Assembly (NCBI GenBank): GCA_963716175.1
Contig: OY970296.1
Location: forward strand, 1,696,001-1,760,000
Direction: 5' to 3'
Length of the DNA: 64,000 bases
DNA from: an uncultured Armatimonadetes bacterium
GTDB lineage: Bacteria; Armatimonadota; Hebobacteria; Hebobacterales; Hebobacteraceae
Part shown: in pieces, positions 38,796 through 49,147 of the stretch
Layout: every line of letters begins with the position of its first letter
Numbering within the stretch: position 1 is the stretch's first letter
Position numbers and translations under genes: made by a program
Notes under the pieces: generated by a model
Told to the model about the DNA's origin: nothing
Databases searched by the model: none
Seen by the model: the letters and a program-made list of their open reading frames with translations, nothing else

Positions 38796-40385
38796 TCATC
38801 CCCTTGAATAACCTCGGAGCTTGAACCTTGCCTTAGAGTCTCGCACTATATCTTCGCGATGCTCGTGGTTGAACACGCCCCGCTTCACCAGTCTCATTAG
38901 CATCTTTCTGGCCGTTCCCCACGTTACGTGCGCTAATCTCTCCGCGTCGCTTACGCTGATCTGACCGTTCTTCGCGGCGAAACTGATGAATCGCTTCTCG
39001 TCTTCGGTAAGCGCGTCCGCCATCTGCGCGCCCAATATCTCTACCACGTCTGCTTCGATCCACATCTTTCGTTTGTGAATGTCGTTCCGAAGCACAACCC
39101 GGACCGTTGCGCAATCGCTCTCCCGCTGAGTGAACTCGGGAGGAGGCAGCTGCGCATCTCGCATCGTATCCCGGATACGTCGAGTACCTTCTGCCGCGCA
39201 TTTGACAAACTCGAGTTGGCGCAAGGAAGCCATGAGATAAGGGTTGCGGGGATTGTGAGTAGCATAGATGTTCTCTGGCGTCACAAAGGCCGGGAATGGC
39301 CCCGGGCTTTCTATCTCGAGTCTGTCCTCAAACATCCTTATGTAAATGGGCATGTTGCGCAGCCCATTGCCATATGAGCGATGAACGCAGGCATTCACGA
39401 TCGCTTCATACCAAGACCACTCAGGATACTCTGGGGAAGTTACGAACTTGCCCCCTGTTCCGAGCGCCGAGAACGTCCTGAGTTGTGACTTTACTATCTC
39501 TGCCGCCCTATCAATTTGCTCCGCGATAGTGCCCTCGATATCCTCATCTTTTACGGCGTTCCACGAAGTCCCCGACCCTTGCGTTTCGCCAGAGAACCTA
39601 AGGAATCTGATCTGACAACCAGGGAGGATGGCTCGAGGGTCGCGCGAGAACAGAATGGCACAGGCCACGTTGGGGATAAAGCGGCCTCCGACGCGCTTGC
39701 CGAGATACATAAGCTCAAGAATCTGCTCTAGGCTATGCCTAGCATCCCATCCCCTCCTAGCACGAACCCTCTCAGCGAAATCACCGATATACTTCATATC
39801 GAACTCGTCAGGATACGGTAGGTTGCATGGCTCACTTTCAAACCGAATTTCCCCCTTTTCGGCCTGCAGATGTCTAAGTTCTTCCCCTTTGACCTCTCTC
39901 TTTGTGTCTCCTACGCGCCGGAATGCCCGTCCGTCCGTCGTTTTTACGACTCGAGTGGGGTGATATTCGACGAAAACGACCGTCAGAAAGTCATCTGCCC
40001 CATCCCTATCGCGGTGAATCGCTACACGCCTTGACCTTGCGACCGCCTCGGGGCAGAAAGTTGATCCGATCTTCTCGAGTTCATTGAGCTGGTCCTGGCT
40101 TAGGCAAGAGCATCCCTCAAACTGCCTCTCTTTGGTGACTCCGATAACGATGATGCCGCCATCCGGCGTATTTGCCCACATCGAATAGTACTCAGCGAGT
40201 GGCTTCGAGTGCATTCCAGCGGATTTGCGCTCAATACGTCCGTCCTCGAGCAGTTGGCGTAGCAGGGCTTCATCACTCGAGTCGAATATCTCGCTCGGCG
40301 TCATCAACTGCGTGGGAGGTAAGGGCGCGGGCGTTTCGCTGAAGTCAATCCCCAGTTGGTCGTCTGTGGCTTTTGTGCCGCGCAT
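38796..40385 (-). CDS. Schlafen/AlbA_2 domain + RecG-C-like ATP-binding (HATPase_c_4) + wHTH protein
   Basis: E...IERK, S.WANT.DGG.IVIGV (AlbA_2); EAIVNA..HR.Y, DRLEI.SPG, RNP.L, G..RI; C-terminal HTH. Confidence 0.88.
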   Translation of the reverse strand: MRGTKATDDQLGIDFSETPAPLPPTQLMTPSEIFDSSDEALLRQLLEDGRIERKSAGMHSKPLAEYYSMWANTPDGGIIVIGVTKERQFEGCSCLSQDQLNELEKIGSTFCPEAVARSRRVAIHRDRDGADDFLTVVFVEYHPTRVVKTTDGRAFRRVGDTKREVKGEELRHLQAEKGEIRFESEPCNLPYPDEFDMKYIGDFAERVRARRGWDARHSLEQILELMYLGKRVGGRFIPNVACAILFSRDPRAILPGCQIRFLRFSGETQGSGTSWNAVKDEDIEGTIAEQIDRAAEIVKSQLRTFSALGTGGKFVTSPEYPEWSWYEAIVNACVHRSYGNGLRNMPIYIRMFEDRLEIESPGPFPAFVTPENIYATHNPRNPYLMASLRQLEFVKCAAEGTRRIRDTMRDAQLPPPEFTQRESDCATVRVVLRNDIHKRKMWIEADVVEILGAQMADALTEDEKRFISFAAKNGQISVSDAERLAHVTWGTARKMLMRLVKRGVFNHEHREDIVRDSKARFKLRGYSRG

Positions 40386-40426
40386 GTGATTAGTTGCCCC
40401 TAGCGACTCGAGGGCGTCTTCCTCGG

Positions 40427-41365
40427 CTATGCTTGCGAGGGGGAACCTATGAGAGTTTGATACTCGAGCCGCTTCCCAGCCACGGAGGCCGCCACCCGCA
40501 AGAACCTTCCCGCGTCACTGTCCTTTCGGCAGTTGAAGCGAAAGACCTCCTCATCTAGGTAGCGAAACAGGTGGAATGGCTCCACGCTAACGTAGGTGCC
40601 CTTGATTCCCCGCTTCAGCAGGCTCCAGAAGTTCTCCATGCCGTTCGTGTGGACGTTTCCCTTGACGTAGGTTTCGGCGTGGTTTACGACTTGGTGGGCA
40701 TAGTCGGACTCGAGTCCGCTATAGGACTTCAGTTCGTCGGTGTAGACCGTGGACCCTGGCGCTACGTGCTTCCTGACTTCTGGGTGAAGGCTTTCTCGGC
40801 GAGTATTGGACACTACCTGGGTTCTGACTTCCCCGTGCCGCTCCAGCAGTCCCATGACGACAGCCTTTCCCACAGTCCCGCGGCCCTTCGCCCTACGCGC
40901 GCCGGGGTGCATATTGCGGGCCTTCCCACCGATGTAAGTTTCGTCTACCTCCACCTCGCCGGACAACTTGCCGAAGGTTCCCGCCTGCATCGCCAGCCGG
41001 ATTCGGTGAAGCACAAACCACGCGGACTTTTGGGTGATCCCCAGGGCGCGGGCTATCTCATAGGAGCTAACGCCGTTCTTCGCGTTGGCGATCATCCAGA
41101 TTGCGGCCAGCCACTTGTCCAGAGACAGGGCGCTGTCCTCGAAGATCGTGCCGACCTTGACAGAGAACTGCTTGCGCGGATGCTTCGCCTTGCACTCCCA
41201 TACCCGGCGCTTTTCCAGGAAGCGAACGTCTTTGCTGCCGCAGGTCGGGCAGGTTACGCCTTTGGGCCAGCGAAGGTCCACCACGAACCGAAGGCATAGG
41301 TCCGGGTCAGAGAAGTGGCGGATCGCGTCAACGAGGGTTTGGGGTACTTCGTTTCGGTCTTTCAT
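40427..41365 (-). CDS. IS1595-family (ISXO2-like) transposase
   Basis: RWP.G..CP.CG zinc ribbon, FSVK.GT.FE.S, VEVDETY.GG, VYTDE, VNH, HTN..ENFWS.LKR, YL.E..FR.N. Confidence 0.96.
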   Translation of the reverse strand: MKDRNEVPQTLVDAIRHFSDPDLCLRFVVDLRWPKGVTCPTCGSKDVRFLEKRRVWECKAKHPRKQFSVKVGTIFEDSALSLDKWLAAIWMIANAKNGVSSYEIARALGITQKSAWFVLHRIRLAMQAGTFGKLSGEVEVDETYIGGKARNMHPGARRAKGRGTVGKAVVMGLLERHGEVRTQVVSNTRRESLHPEVRKHVAPGSTVYTDELKSYSGLESDYAHQVVNHAETYVKGNVHTNGMENFWSLLKRGIKGTYVSVEPFHLFRYLDEEVFRFNCRKDSDAGRFLRVAASVAGKRLEYQTLIGSPSQA

Positions 41366-41374
41366 AGTGGTGAC

Positions 41375-41403
41375 AGTATACCACGGCTAGCCTGCTGTGT
41401 CAA
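41375..41403 (-). promoter_or_regulatory. Transposase promoter overlapping the IS1595 TIR
   Basis: TTGACA-17 bp-TATACT, with the -10 box ending 9 nt before the ATG (near-leaderless). Confidence 0.7.
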
Positions 41404-41831
41404 GTATATTATTGCCCTTAGAAACCTGCTCCCGAAGTCCATCCGACAGAAACTCTGGAGTCTCACCTAATCTGGCCTCTCTCACATCATCAAAGCCACG
41501 GGGCAGCCAGAGGTGATCTGGACGAACCTGGCCCCATGGCGCGACCACCCCGGTCAGTCGTGCCGCCACCTCAGCGTCGCCGCCATGCGTCAACAGGTGA
41601 CAGCGGGGTTTGCTGCCGCGGCGTTCATCACATTCGAGCCTGTTCAGAAGATCACTCATCTACACCGTCCTCCTCGGCGAGAGTCGAACAGCCGCCAATC
41701 GCCTTGCTCCTATCGATCCGGTCCAGGTCCTATGCTATGACATTCCACCTGGACTCGTTTTCGGGGGCAAGGTCAAGGGGAGCGGCCTGGGTTGCTGTCG
41801 AATCTGAGACTGCTGCGCCGAGGAGGTAAGC

Positions 41832-43109
41832 ATGGCTGAGAAACTGGCATTGGCCGGCGGCTCTCCGGTCATCCCTGCGGGGACCATGAAGCCGTGGCCG
41901 CCCATTGACGACACGGACCGGAAGATGGTGATGGATTCGCTCGAGGGCGGGAAGCACACCTTCGGGCCGAACTGCGCGGCTTTCCAGGAGGAGTTCGCCG
42001 CCTGGAACGGCAGCCGCTACGCGATCATGACGAACTCGGGCACGGCCGCGCTCCATATGGGCCTGGTGGCGTGCGAGTGCGGCTGCGGGGACGAGGTGAT
42101 CGTCCCGGCCTACTCCTGGTCGTCCTCGGCGACGTGTGTGATGCAGCACAACGCGATCCCTGTGTTCGTGGACATTGACTTCGACACGATGAACATGGAC
42201 ACGGCTCGGATCGAAGCCGCCATCACCCCGAGGACGAAGGCGATCATCGTCGTCCATCTGCATGGGCTGCCGGTAGACATGGGGGCGGTGCTGGCCATCG
42301 CCGACAAGCACGGGCTGCGTGTGATCGAGGATGCCTGTCAGGCACATGGGGCGGAGTACAGAGGAAGGAAGGTCGGGACGATCGGGCACTGCGCGGCCTT
42401 TAGCTTCAACCAGAATAAGTGCCTCGTCTCCGGCGAGGGCGGCATGTTCGTCACCGATGACCAGGACATGCACAAACGGGCGCAGGCCCTCTGGTCGTTT
42501 GGGGAGGAGGTGGCCCCCACGCAGCGACGCGACTATCACGTCTACGCAATGGGCTGGATGTACCGCAACGACGACCTGGCGGCCGCTTTCGGCCGAGCCC
42601 AGCTCAAGAGGCTCGACCACTACCTCGCGGTGCAGAAGGAGAACGCGGGCGCCCTCACCCGCGAGCTGGAGGGGACGCCCCACGTCATGCTGCCGACCGA
42701 GCCGGCGGGCTGTGAGCACAACTGGTACAACTACACCATTCGCTTCGACATGGATGCCCTCGGCCACTCACAGGACGCCGCAGGCTTTCGGCACAAGATC
42801 GTGCGCGCCCTGAACGCGGAAGGCCTCGAAACCGGCGTCTGGCAGTCGTTCATCTTGCCGGCGATGACGGTCTTCCAGAACCAGGACGGCTACGGCCACG
42901 GCTGCCCCTGGACCTGCCCGCACTCCCAGCCGGTGGACTACTCGCCCGAGCGCTTCCCGATGGCGACGAAGCACTGCGATACCCACACGGGCATGACCAC
43001 GCCGCTGCGCGCTCCCAACGGCCCCGGGATGGCGAAGCTCGCCGCGCAGGCCATCCGCAAGGTGCTGGCGAACGCGGATCAACTCGAAGAGTTGCCGGAC
43101 AAGGAGTGA
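41832..43109 (+). CDS. DegT/DnrJ/EryC1/StrS PLP-dependent aminotransferase
   Basis: NSGTAALH, GDEVIVP, PVFVDID, IEDACQAHG and SFNQNK...GEGG motifs. Confidence 0.92.
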   Translation: MAEKLALAGGSPVIPAGTMKPWPPIDDTDRKMVMDSLEGGKHTFGPNCAAFQEEFAAWNGSRYAIMTNSGTAALHMGLVACECGCGDEVIVPAYSWSSSATCVMQHNAIPVFVDIDFDTMNMDTARIEAAITPRTKAIIVVHLHGLPVDMGAVLAIADKHGLRVIEDACQAHGAEYRGRKVGTIGHCAAFSFNQNKCLVSGEGGMFVTDDQDMHKRAQALWSFGEEVAPTQRRDYHVYAMGWMYRNDDLAAAFGRAQLKRLDHYLAVQKENAGALTRELEGTPHVMLPTEPAGCEHNWYNYTIRFDMDALGHSQDAAGFRHKIVRALNAEGLETGVWQSFILPAMTVFQNQDGYGHGCPWTCPHSQPVDYSPERFPMATKHCDTHTGMTTPLRAPNGPGMAKLAAQAIRKVLANADQLEELPDKE

Positions 43110-43113
43110 AGGC

Positions 43114-44388
43114 ATGCCGCTGAGAGCCGGTTTCGCCGAGATAGATATCACTCCCCCGGTGGGGACACACAAGATCGGGTGGATCAGGGACATCGTCATC
43201 GAGAGCATCGCCGATCCGTTGTCCGCTCGCATCGCGGTCATCGAAACAGCCAGTCAGAAGGCTGGCTTCGTGCAGTTGGACACGCTCTGCATCCGCTGGA
43301 CCCAGACCAACGACGTCCGGCGCCGCATCGAGGCCAGGTATGGCTTTCCGGGCAGCAGCGTGATGGTGGCGGCCACGCACAGCCACGCGGGGCCGGCGGT
43401 GGCGCACTGCGGCGACGTGCGCCGCGATGACGCCTACCTCGAGACGATGGTCGGCAAGGTCGTGGACTGCTTCGGCCGGGCGCTCGAGAGCATGCAGGAG
43501 GCGGAGATCGGGTTCAACAGCGTGCCCGAATGGAACATCTCGCACAACCGCCGTGTGGTCATGCGCGATGGCACCGCCAATACGCATGGGGCCTTTCGCT
43601 ACCCCGAGGCCCTCTATGTGGAGGGGCCCATAGACCCCGAGGTCGCCGTGGTGGCCGCCCGCGCGGCGGGAAGCGATCAACTGCTGGGCGCGATCGTGAA
43701 CTTCGCCTGCCATCCCACTGACCACGGCGGTGACACCGTCGCCTCCGGCGGATTCCCGGCCGCGCTCGGCCGCGAGATGAAGTCCCGCGGCTGCCCGGTC
43801 ACTCTCTTTCTCAACGGCGCCTGCGGCAACATCTCCTCCGGCAACCCGTACCGTGGCATCGAGCTGTCGCTGGAGCAAAGGGGCCGCGCCCTTGCGGATG
43901 ATACGTCTAAAGCGCTGGATGCGATTCGGTTCAGAAGCGAACTCGCGCTGGGCACCAGGGGCCGAACCATTCAGCTGCCGTACCGCGAAGTCACTCCTGA
44001 GCAGATCGCAGGAACCGTGCGGGGGGCGCAGCGGTTCGTGGACCCCGCCGCCTATGACCGCGGCATGCCGGCGTTGCTCCACCGCATCGAGGAGCGGAAG
44101 ACCCAGCCGGCCGAGGTGCAGGTCCTGTCGCTGGGCGATTGGGCCTTCGCTGCCGTGCCAGCCGAGTACTTCGTCCAGCTTGGCCTGCGGATCAAGGAGG
44201 GCGCGCATCCGCGCCACGCGCTCGTGGTGAGCTGCGCCAACGGGATGGTAGGCTACGTGCCGCACCAGGAAGCGTTCCTGCGCGGAGGCTACGAGACGAC
44301 CTTCACTGCGGGCGCCGCGCTCGCGCCGGAGGCCGGTGATATGCTCGCGGACGCGGCCCTTGCACTCATTGCGAGTTCTGCTTGCTGA
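43114..44388 (+). CDS. Neutral/alkaline ceramidase N-terminal-like hydrolase
   Basis: AG.A.IDITP, DPL.AR, ATHSHAGP, IDPEV, NFACHP, NGACGN, P.E.F and NG..GY.P motifs. Confidence 0.75.
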   Translation: MPLRAGFAEIDITPPVGTHKIGWIRDIVIESIADPLSARIAVIETASQKAGFVQLDTLCIRWTQTNDVRRRIEARYGFPGSSVMVAATHSHAGPAVAHCGDVRRDDAYLETMVGKVVDCFGRALESMQEAEIGFNSVPEWNISHNRRVVMRDGTANTHGAFRYPEALYVEGPIDPEVAVVAARAAGSDQLLGAIVNFACHPTDHGGDTVASGGFPAALGREMKSRGCPVTLFLNGACGNISSGNPYRGIELSLEQRGRALADDTSKALDAIRFRSELALGTRGRTIQLPYREVTPEQIAGTVRGAQRFVDPAAYDRGMPALLHRIEERKTQPAEVQVLSLGDWAFAAVPAEYFVQLGLRIKEGAHPRHALVVSCANGMVGYVPHQEAFLRGGYETTFTAGAALAPEAGDMLADAALALIASSAC

Positions 44389-44550
44389 GAGGTCTGCCCG
44401 CCATCCTCTCTGCAGATGACTGACGGCGAAAGGTGGGATCCTGAAGCGCGCCCGCCGCCGGTTGACCGGGCAGCCGGAGCGTTGCTACAATTCCCACGGG
44501 CGCCTGGCGGCGCCTGCCGAATTCCTGGGGGGGAGCGAGAGGACGAGCCA

Positions 44551-45501
44551 GTGAGAGCACTGATCACCGGGATCACGGGATTCGTGGGGAGCCATCTCAC
44601 GGAACTGCTGCTCGAGCGCGGGTATGAGGTGTATGGGACCCTGCGCTGGCGCAGCCCGCTGGATAACATCAAGCACTTGCTGGATCGCATCGAGCTGGTG
44701 GAATGCGACCTGCGGGATGCCAGCAGTGTGACAGAGGCCCTGGAGCGGGCGCGGCCCGAGTACATCTTCCACCTCGCGGCGCAGAGCTTCGTCCCCACCT
44801 CCTGGCGCGCGCCAGCGGAGACCTTGAGCACCAATGTGATCGGCCAGGTTCACCTGTTCGAGGCGGTGAGATCCCTGGGCCTGGAGCCGCGGATTCAGAT
44901 CGCCGGGTCATCGGAGGAATACGGGCTGGTGCGGGAAGACGAGGTGCCGATCAAGGAGTCGAATCCGCTGCGGCCGCTCAGCCCTTACGGGGTGAGCAAG
45001 GTGACGCAGGACCTGCTGGGCTATCAGTATTTCCGCAGCTACCGGATGTCCATCGTGCGCACCAGGGCGTTCAACCACACCGGGCCGCGGCGGGGCGAGG
45101 TGTTCGCGGAATCCAGCTTCGCCCACCAGATCGCCGACATCGAGGCGGGTAAGCGAGAGCCGGTGCTGCGGGTGGGGAACCTGGAGGCGAAGCGCGATTA
45201 TACGGATGTGCGGGATGTGGTGAAGGCCTATCTCCTGGCATTGGAGAAGGGCGAGCCCGGCGAGGTCTACAACATCTGCTCCGGGGTCTCCCATCCGGTG
45301 CAGCACATCCTCGACTTGCTGCTCTCCTTCAGCAAGGCTGAGATCAAGGTAGTCCGCGACCCGGCGCGGCTCCGCCCCTCGGATGTCACGGTGCTGTGGG
45401 GCGATTCCTCGAAGTTCCGCCAGCAGACCGGGTGGGCGCCAGAGATCCCGTTGGAGCAGACGATGCGGGATCTGCTGGACTACTGGCGGGGGCGAGTGTG
45501 A
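44551..45501 (+). CDS. GDP-mannose 4,6-dehydratase / GDP-6-deoxy-D-mannose reductase family extended SDR
   Basis: LITGITGFVG.HL, HLAAQSFV..SW, SSEEYG, SPYGVSK, FNH.GPR and GNL..KRD.TDVRD.V motifs. Confidence 0.9.
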   Translation: MRALITGITGFVGSHLTELLLERGYEVYGTLRWRSPLDNIKHLLDRIELVECDLRDASSVTEALERARPEYIFHLAAQSFVPTSWRAPAETLSTNVIGQVHLFEAVRSLGLEPRIQIAGSSEEYGLVREDEVPIKESNPLRPLSPYGVSKVTQDLLGYQYFRSYRMSIVRTRAFNHTGPRRGEVFAESSFAHQIADIEAGKREPVLRVGNLEAKRDYTDVRDVVKAYLLALEKGEPGEVYNICSGVSHPVQHILDLLLSFSKAEIKVVRDPARLRPSDVTVLWGDSSKFRQQTGWAPEIPLEQTMRDLLDYWRGRV

Positions 45502-45563
45502 GCAACAGGCAGGCGAACGGCGGGGCAGGAGCAAGCTCCTGCCGAACGGTCTTGCGGTAGACT

Positions 45564-46712
45564 CTATAGCACCGCCGCGCGATAGGTGGCCAGCGTCCCC
45601 TGGGCGCACCCGTCCCAGGAGAACTGGCGGGCCCTCACCAGCGCTTGCGCGGAGAGATCGCTCCTCAACTCCTGTGAGCTGATCACCCGCTCCATAGCAG
45701 CGGCGAAGCCCTGCACATCGGTGGGCTCGACCAGCAAGCCCGCCTCCCCCACCACCTCCGGCAGTGAGGCCGCGTTGCTGCAGACCACCGGCGTGCCACA
45801 GGCCATCGCCTCCAGAGGAGGTAGGCCGAAGCCTTCGTACAGCGACGGGAAGACGAAGGCGGTGGCGCCGCGGTAGATGGCGGGCAGGTCTTCATCTGGC
45901 ACGTAGCCCGCGAAGACGACTCTGTCCGTCAGGCGAAGCTGCTGGGCGAGGGAGGCGATGTCGCGGTAGTGGGTGCTGTCCCCGACCCACCCCTGCATGC
46001 CGACGATCACCAGCGGATGTTCCTCTTGCAGGGACGCCGGCAGGCGGGCGTAGGCGCGGAGCAGAGTGGGAAGGTTCTTTCTCGGCTCCACCGTGCCTAC
46101 GGTCAAGAGATAGCGGCGCGGTAGGCCGCGGGCGGAGAGCACTCGCTCTATGGTCTCCGGCGGGACCGGGAGGAAGCGTTCGTCGGCGGCCAGGTGGGTG
46201 ACATCAATGCGGGCGGGATCAACCTGCAGGCGATCCACGATCTCCTGCTTGACGTAATGGGAAATGGTGAGGAGGCGGCGGGCGCGTTTCACCGCGGGGA
46301 GGAATCCCCGCGCGAACCAGGCTACACGCTGGGGGGGATGGGATTCGGGGTAGGTCAGCACCGAGAGATCGCACACGGTGATCACCAATGGCCCCGGGAA
46401 AGGGAGGGGAACGTAATTGGGCTCGTGGTAGAGGTCGAAGCCGCGCCTGAGCCGGCCCATCAGGAAGGCGACGCGGTGGATGGCCTCTCGCAGGCGCCAG
46501 GGGTCCTTCATCACCCGGGTGGCGACCGCCTTGGCGGCCATCACCGCGGGGTCGGGCTGGCTGCGCAGCTCGCGTCCGAAGGAATAGCCGTAGAAGAAGG
46601 TGTACTCGTTCCCGGGGTCTAGCCGCAGCAGGCTGCTGGCCAGGTGGTAGATGTAGCGGCCGATGCCAGAGCGGCGGGCCAGCAGGGGGGTGGCGTTGAT
46701 CACGATCCTCAC
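45564..46712 (-). CDS. GT4 glycosyltransferase
   Basis: SGIGRY, GT.EPRKN and [28 protein letters not shown] motifs. Confidence 0.92.
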   Translation of the reverse strand: MRIVINATPLLARRSGIGRYIYHLASSLLRLDPGNEYTFFYGYSFGRELRSQPDPAVMAAKAVATRVMKDPWRLREAIHRVAFLMGRLRRGFDLYHEPNYVPLPFPGPLVITVCDLSVLTYPESHPPQRVAWFARGFLPAVKRARRLLTISHYVKQEIVDRLQVDPARIDVTHLAADERFLPVPPETIERVLSARGLPRRYLLTVGTVEPRKNLPTLLRAYARLPASLQEEHPLVIVGMQGWVGDSTHYRDIASLAQQLRLTDRVVFAGYVPDEDLPAIYRGATAFVFPSLYEGFGLPPLEAMACGTPVVCSNAASLPEVVGEAGLLVEPTDVQGFAAAMERVISSQELRSDLSAQALVRARQFSWDGCAQGTLATYRAAVL

Positions 46713-46725
46713 GCCTGGCTGCTCC

Positions 46726-47853
46726 TCATTCCGCAAACATTTCCTGGTAGACCGCGTCCACCCGGGCGGCATAGGCCTCGCGCGTGAACTCGCGGAGCAC
46801 ACGGGCGCGCCCGGCCTCTCCCAGCCGGCGGCACAGCTCCAGGTCTCCCAGCAGCTCAGTCATCGCGGCCGCCAACGCCTCGGAATCGCGGGGGGGCACG
46901 ATCAGGCCGGTTTCGCGGTGGCGGTTGATGTAGACCACGCCGGTCGGCAGGTCAGTGGCAATGACGGGCTTGCCGCAGGCCATGGCCTCGAGCTGCACCA
47001 GCCCGAAGGCCTCCGTGATCTCCACCGACGGGAGCACGAAAACGTTGCAGGCGTGGTAGTGCGCGGCCAGCTCCTCGGTGCTCAGGTGCTGCTCGAAATG
47101 CACGCGCTCCCCCAGGCCGAGGCGATCGGCCTGGGCGCGCAGGCCGGGCAGGAGGGGCCCATCGCCGACGATGATCAGATCGGCATCCACCTTGGCCATG
47201 GCCGCGATCAGGTACTCGAACCCTTTGTAGTAGACGCAGCGCCCCACGCCCAGCACCAGGGGCCTGCCGGAGGAGGGCCGGGCGGCCGCGATCCGGTCCG
47301 GGTCGGGGTGGAGCAGAGGCGCGAGGTCAATGCCAAAGGGTACGACCCGGCACTTGGCACGCACCGGGCCCAGAAAGCGCGAGGTCTCGAGATACTGGGG
47401 GGAAGAGACCAGCACGCGGTCCGCCCGGGCGAGCAGGCGGCGAAGGATGGGGCCGTAGATGCGGATGGCAGCGGCCGGGCGGACGACATCGCTGTGCCAG
47501 GTGATGCAGAGCTTGCACCTGGGGCGGGCGAGATAGGCGGCGAACTCGCCTGGGGGATAGGGGTGATGAAGATGCAGCACATCGGGGCGGAGAGCGCGCA
47601 GGAGCATGGGCATGGTGTGGCAGACTGGCAGCTTGATGGCGCTGAATAGGCGAGCGCTTCTCACCACTGCCAGATGGGGGTTGATCTGCTGCTTCTGGGT
47701 GGTGCGGCCGGCATTGGCGCAGAGGATGGTGACGTCCATGGTGCGAGACTGGTCTTCGGCCAGGAGCATGAGTGCTCGCTCGATGCCGCCCCACTGGGTA
47801 ACAGGCGGAACGGGAAGGTCGTAGGCCTTGTTGATGTGCACTACCCGCAGCAC
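46726..47853 (-). CDS. GT4 glycosyltransferase
   Basis: GGIE, H.PYP, TWHSDVV, GR.VYYKG and EAFGLVQLEAMACGKPV motifs. Confidence 0.92.
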   Translation of the reverse strand: MLRVVHINKAYDLPVPPVTQWGGIERALMLLAEDQSRTMDVTILCANAGRTTQKQQINPHLAVVRSARLFSAIKLPVCHTMPMLLRALRPDVLHLHHPYPPGEFAAYLARPRCKLCITWHSDVVRPAAAIRIYGPILRRLLARADRVLVSSPQYLETSRFLGPVRAKCRVVPFGIDLAPLLHPDPDRIAAARPSSGRPLVLGVGRCVYYKGFEYLIAAMAKVDADLIIVGDGPLLPGLRAQADRLGLGERVHFEQHLSTEELAAHYHACNVFVLPSVEITEAFGLVQLEAMACGKPVIATDLPTGVVYINRHRETGLIVPPRDSEALAAAMTELLGDLELCRRLGEAGRARVLREFTREAYAARVDAVYQEMFAE

Positions 47854-47911
47854 TGGACCGTCAGCTCTCGGGCCGGCGCCTGGACCCGCGGCGAGACCAG
47901 GGCGAGCCAGC

Positions 47912-48913
47912 CTACGGCTGCGAGACCCACACTCTCAATCCCTGGAAATCGAGGTGGCAGTTGAGCGCCTGGTAGCCAGCTTCCTTAACCGCGGTCTCGA
48001 CGTCCCGGCGCGCGCCCGCCTTGCACAGCAAGGTAGCGCTGCCGCCGCCGCCAGCTCCGTTGATCTTGAAGCCGATGGCGCCGGCGGCGCGGGCCACCTC
48101 CTCGATCCGGGCCAGATCGGCGGAGACGATGTCCGCATGCAGCCCGGCCTGCGCTGCGTTATTCTCATTCATCACTTCGGCGAAAGTGTCGAAATCGCCG
48201 CGCCAGAGCGCATCGGCGGCTTTCTGGGGAGTCTGCCGCAGTGTCTCCATGGCGGTCAGGGCCTCCGGCCGGCCGGCCTCCAGGTCTCCGACCACCTTGC
48301 GATGGACATCGCTGGACAGGTGTCGGGCGCCGCTGTACACCACCAGCAGCCGGCTCTCCAGCTCCCAGATGATGGTGGGCGCCAGCCGAACCGGAGTGCT
48401 GCTGACGAAAGGGTAATCGTAGATGTCGTGGTAGCCGATTCCGCCCACCGCGGCCGCGATCTGATCCTGCACGCCGCTCTCGATCTTCAGCTCCTTGGTC
48501 TCCAGCTCATGGGCCAGGCGAGCCACCTCGTGCGGCCGCTGGTAGCGGCCGGCGAGCAGACCCAAGGCCCCCAGCATGGCCACCGATACCGCGGCCGAAG
48601 ATCCGGTGCCGCAGCCAGGCGGAACATCGCTGTGCACCTGCATCTCGATCTGGTCCAGGCCCATCACCTTCACCGCCGCTTTCAGCAGATCGTGCTCGCC
48701 GTCATAGATGATGCTGTCGAGGTCGGTCATCTCGATCACTTCGCCGTAATCGCTAGCGGTGATGCTCACCCCCGGCCGCCCGCGAGTGCGAACCACGACG
48801 CGGGCATAGAGATCCACCGCGAAGTTCATCACTGCGCCATGCTTGGCAAACCAGGTATCAGTCCAACCGCCGAAATCCAGGATTCGGTTAGGCGCCCAGG
48901 CTTTCACGATCAT
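47912..48913 (-). CDS. GHMP kinase, D-glycero-alpha-D-manno-heptose-7-phosphate kinase (HddA)-like
   Basis: AP.R..FGG.TD, P.G.GTGSSAA, G.QDQ..A..GG and KINGAGGGG motifs. Confidence 0.85.
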   Translation of the reverse strand: MIVKAWAPNRILDFGGWTDTWFAKHGAVMNFAVDLYARVVVRTRGRPGVSITASDYGEVIEMTDLDSIIYDGEHDLLKAAVKVMGLDQIEMQVHSDVPPGCGTGSSAAVSVAMLGALGLLAGRYQRPHEVARLAHELETKELKIESGVQDQIAAAVGGIGYHDIYDYPFVSSTPVRLAPTIIWELESRLLVVYSGARHLSSDVHRKVVGDLEAGRPEALTAMETLRQTPQKAADALWRGDFDTFAEVMNENNAAQAGLHADIVSADLARIEEVARAAGAIGFKINGAGGGGSATLLCKAGARRDVETAVKEAGYQALNCHLDFQGLRVWVSQP

Positions 48914-49147
48914 GAGTTCACCCTCGGCTCTGTGGTAAGGGCAGGCCGGCCCACCGCCGCGCGCAGGCCGACCACCGTTCGCACGCCAGTAAGTGGTTCT
49001 GTGGACCGGGCGACGATACCTGCACCTGGGGCCGAGGCGCGGCAACGGGCAGGAGGGGATGAGATGAGGCTGGAATAGACTCAGAGTGTCCAGCAAGACC
49101 GTCTGGGGCGCGGTGATGATGGAGAGCACTCAGGATGGGCGGAGGGG

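Larger units (their letters stand above)
36206..41416 (-). mobile_element. IS1595-family transporter element (tIS), 5211 bp including a nested IS256
   Basis: TIRs ggcaataatatactt(c/g)ac(g/a)cagc; 8-bp TSD cttagaaa at 36198-36205 and 41417-41424. Confidence 0.93.
35652..41659 (-). pseudogene. PD-(D/E)XK-like hypothetical protein split by the IS1595 element (N-part 41417-41659, C-part 35652-36205)
   Basis: Removing 36206-41416 plus one TSD joins ...LREQVSK to WWLKVGPGANTPNWDIA...LMLVEAKAH in frame. Confidence 0.85.
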
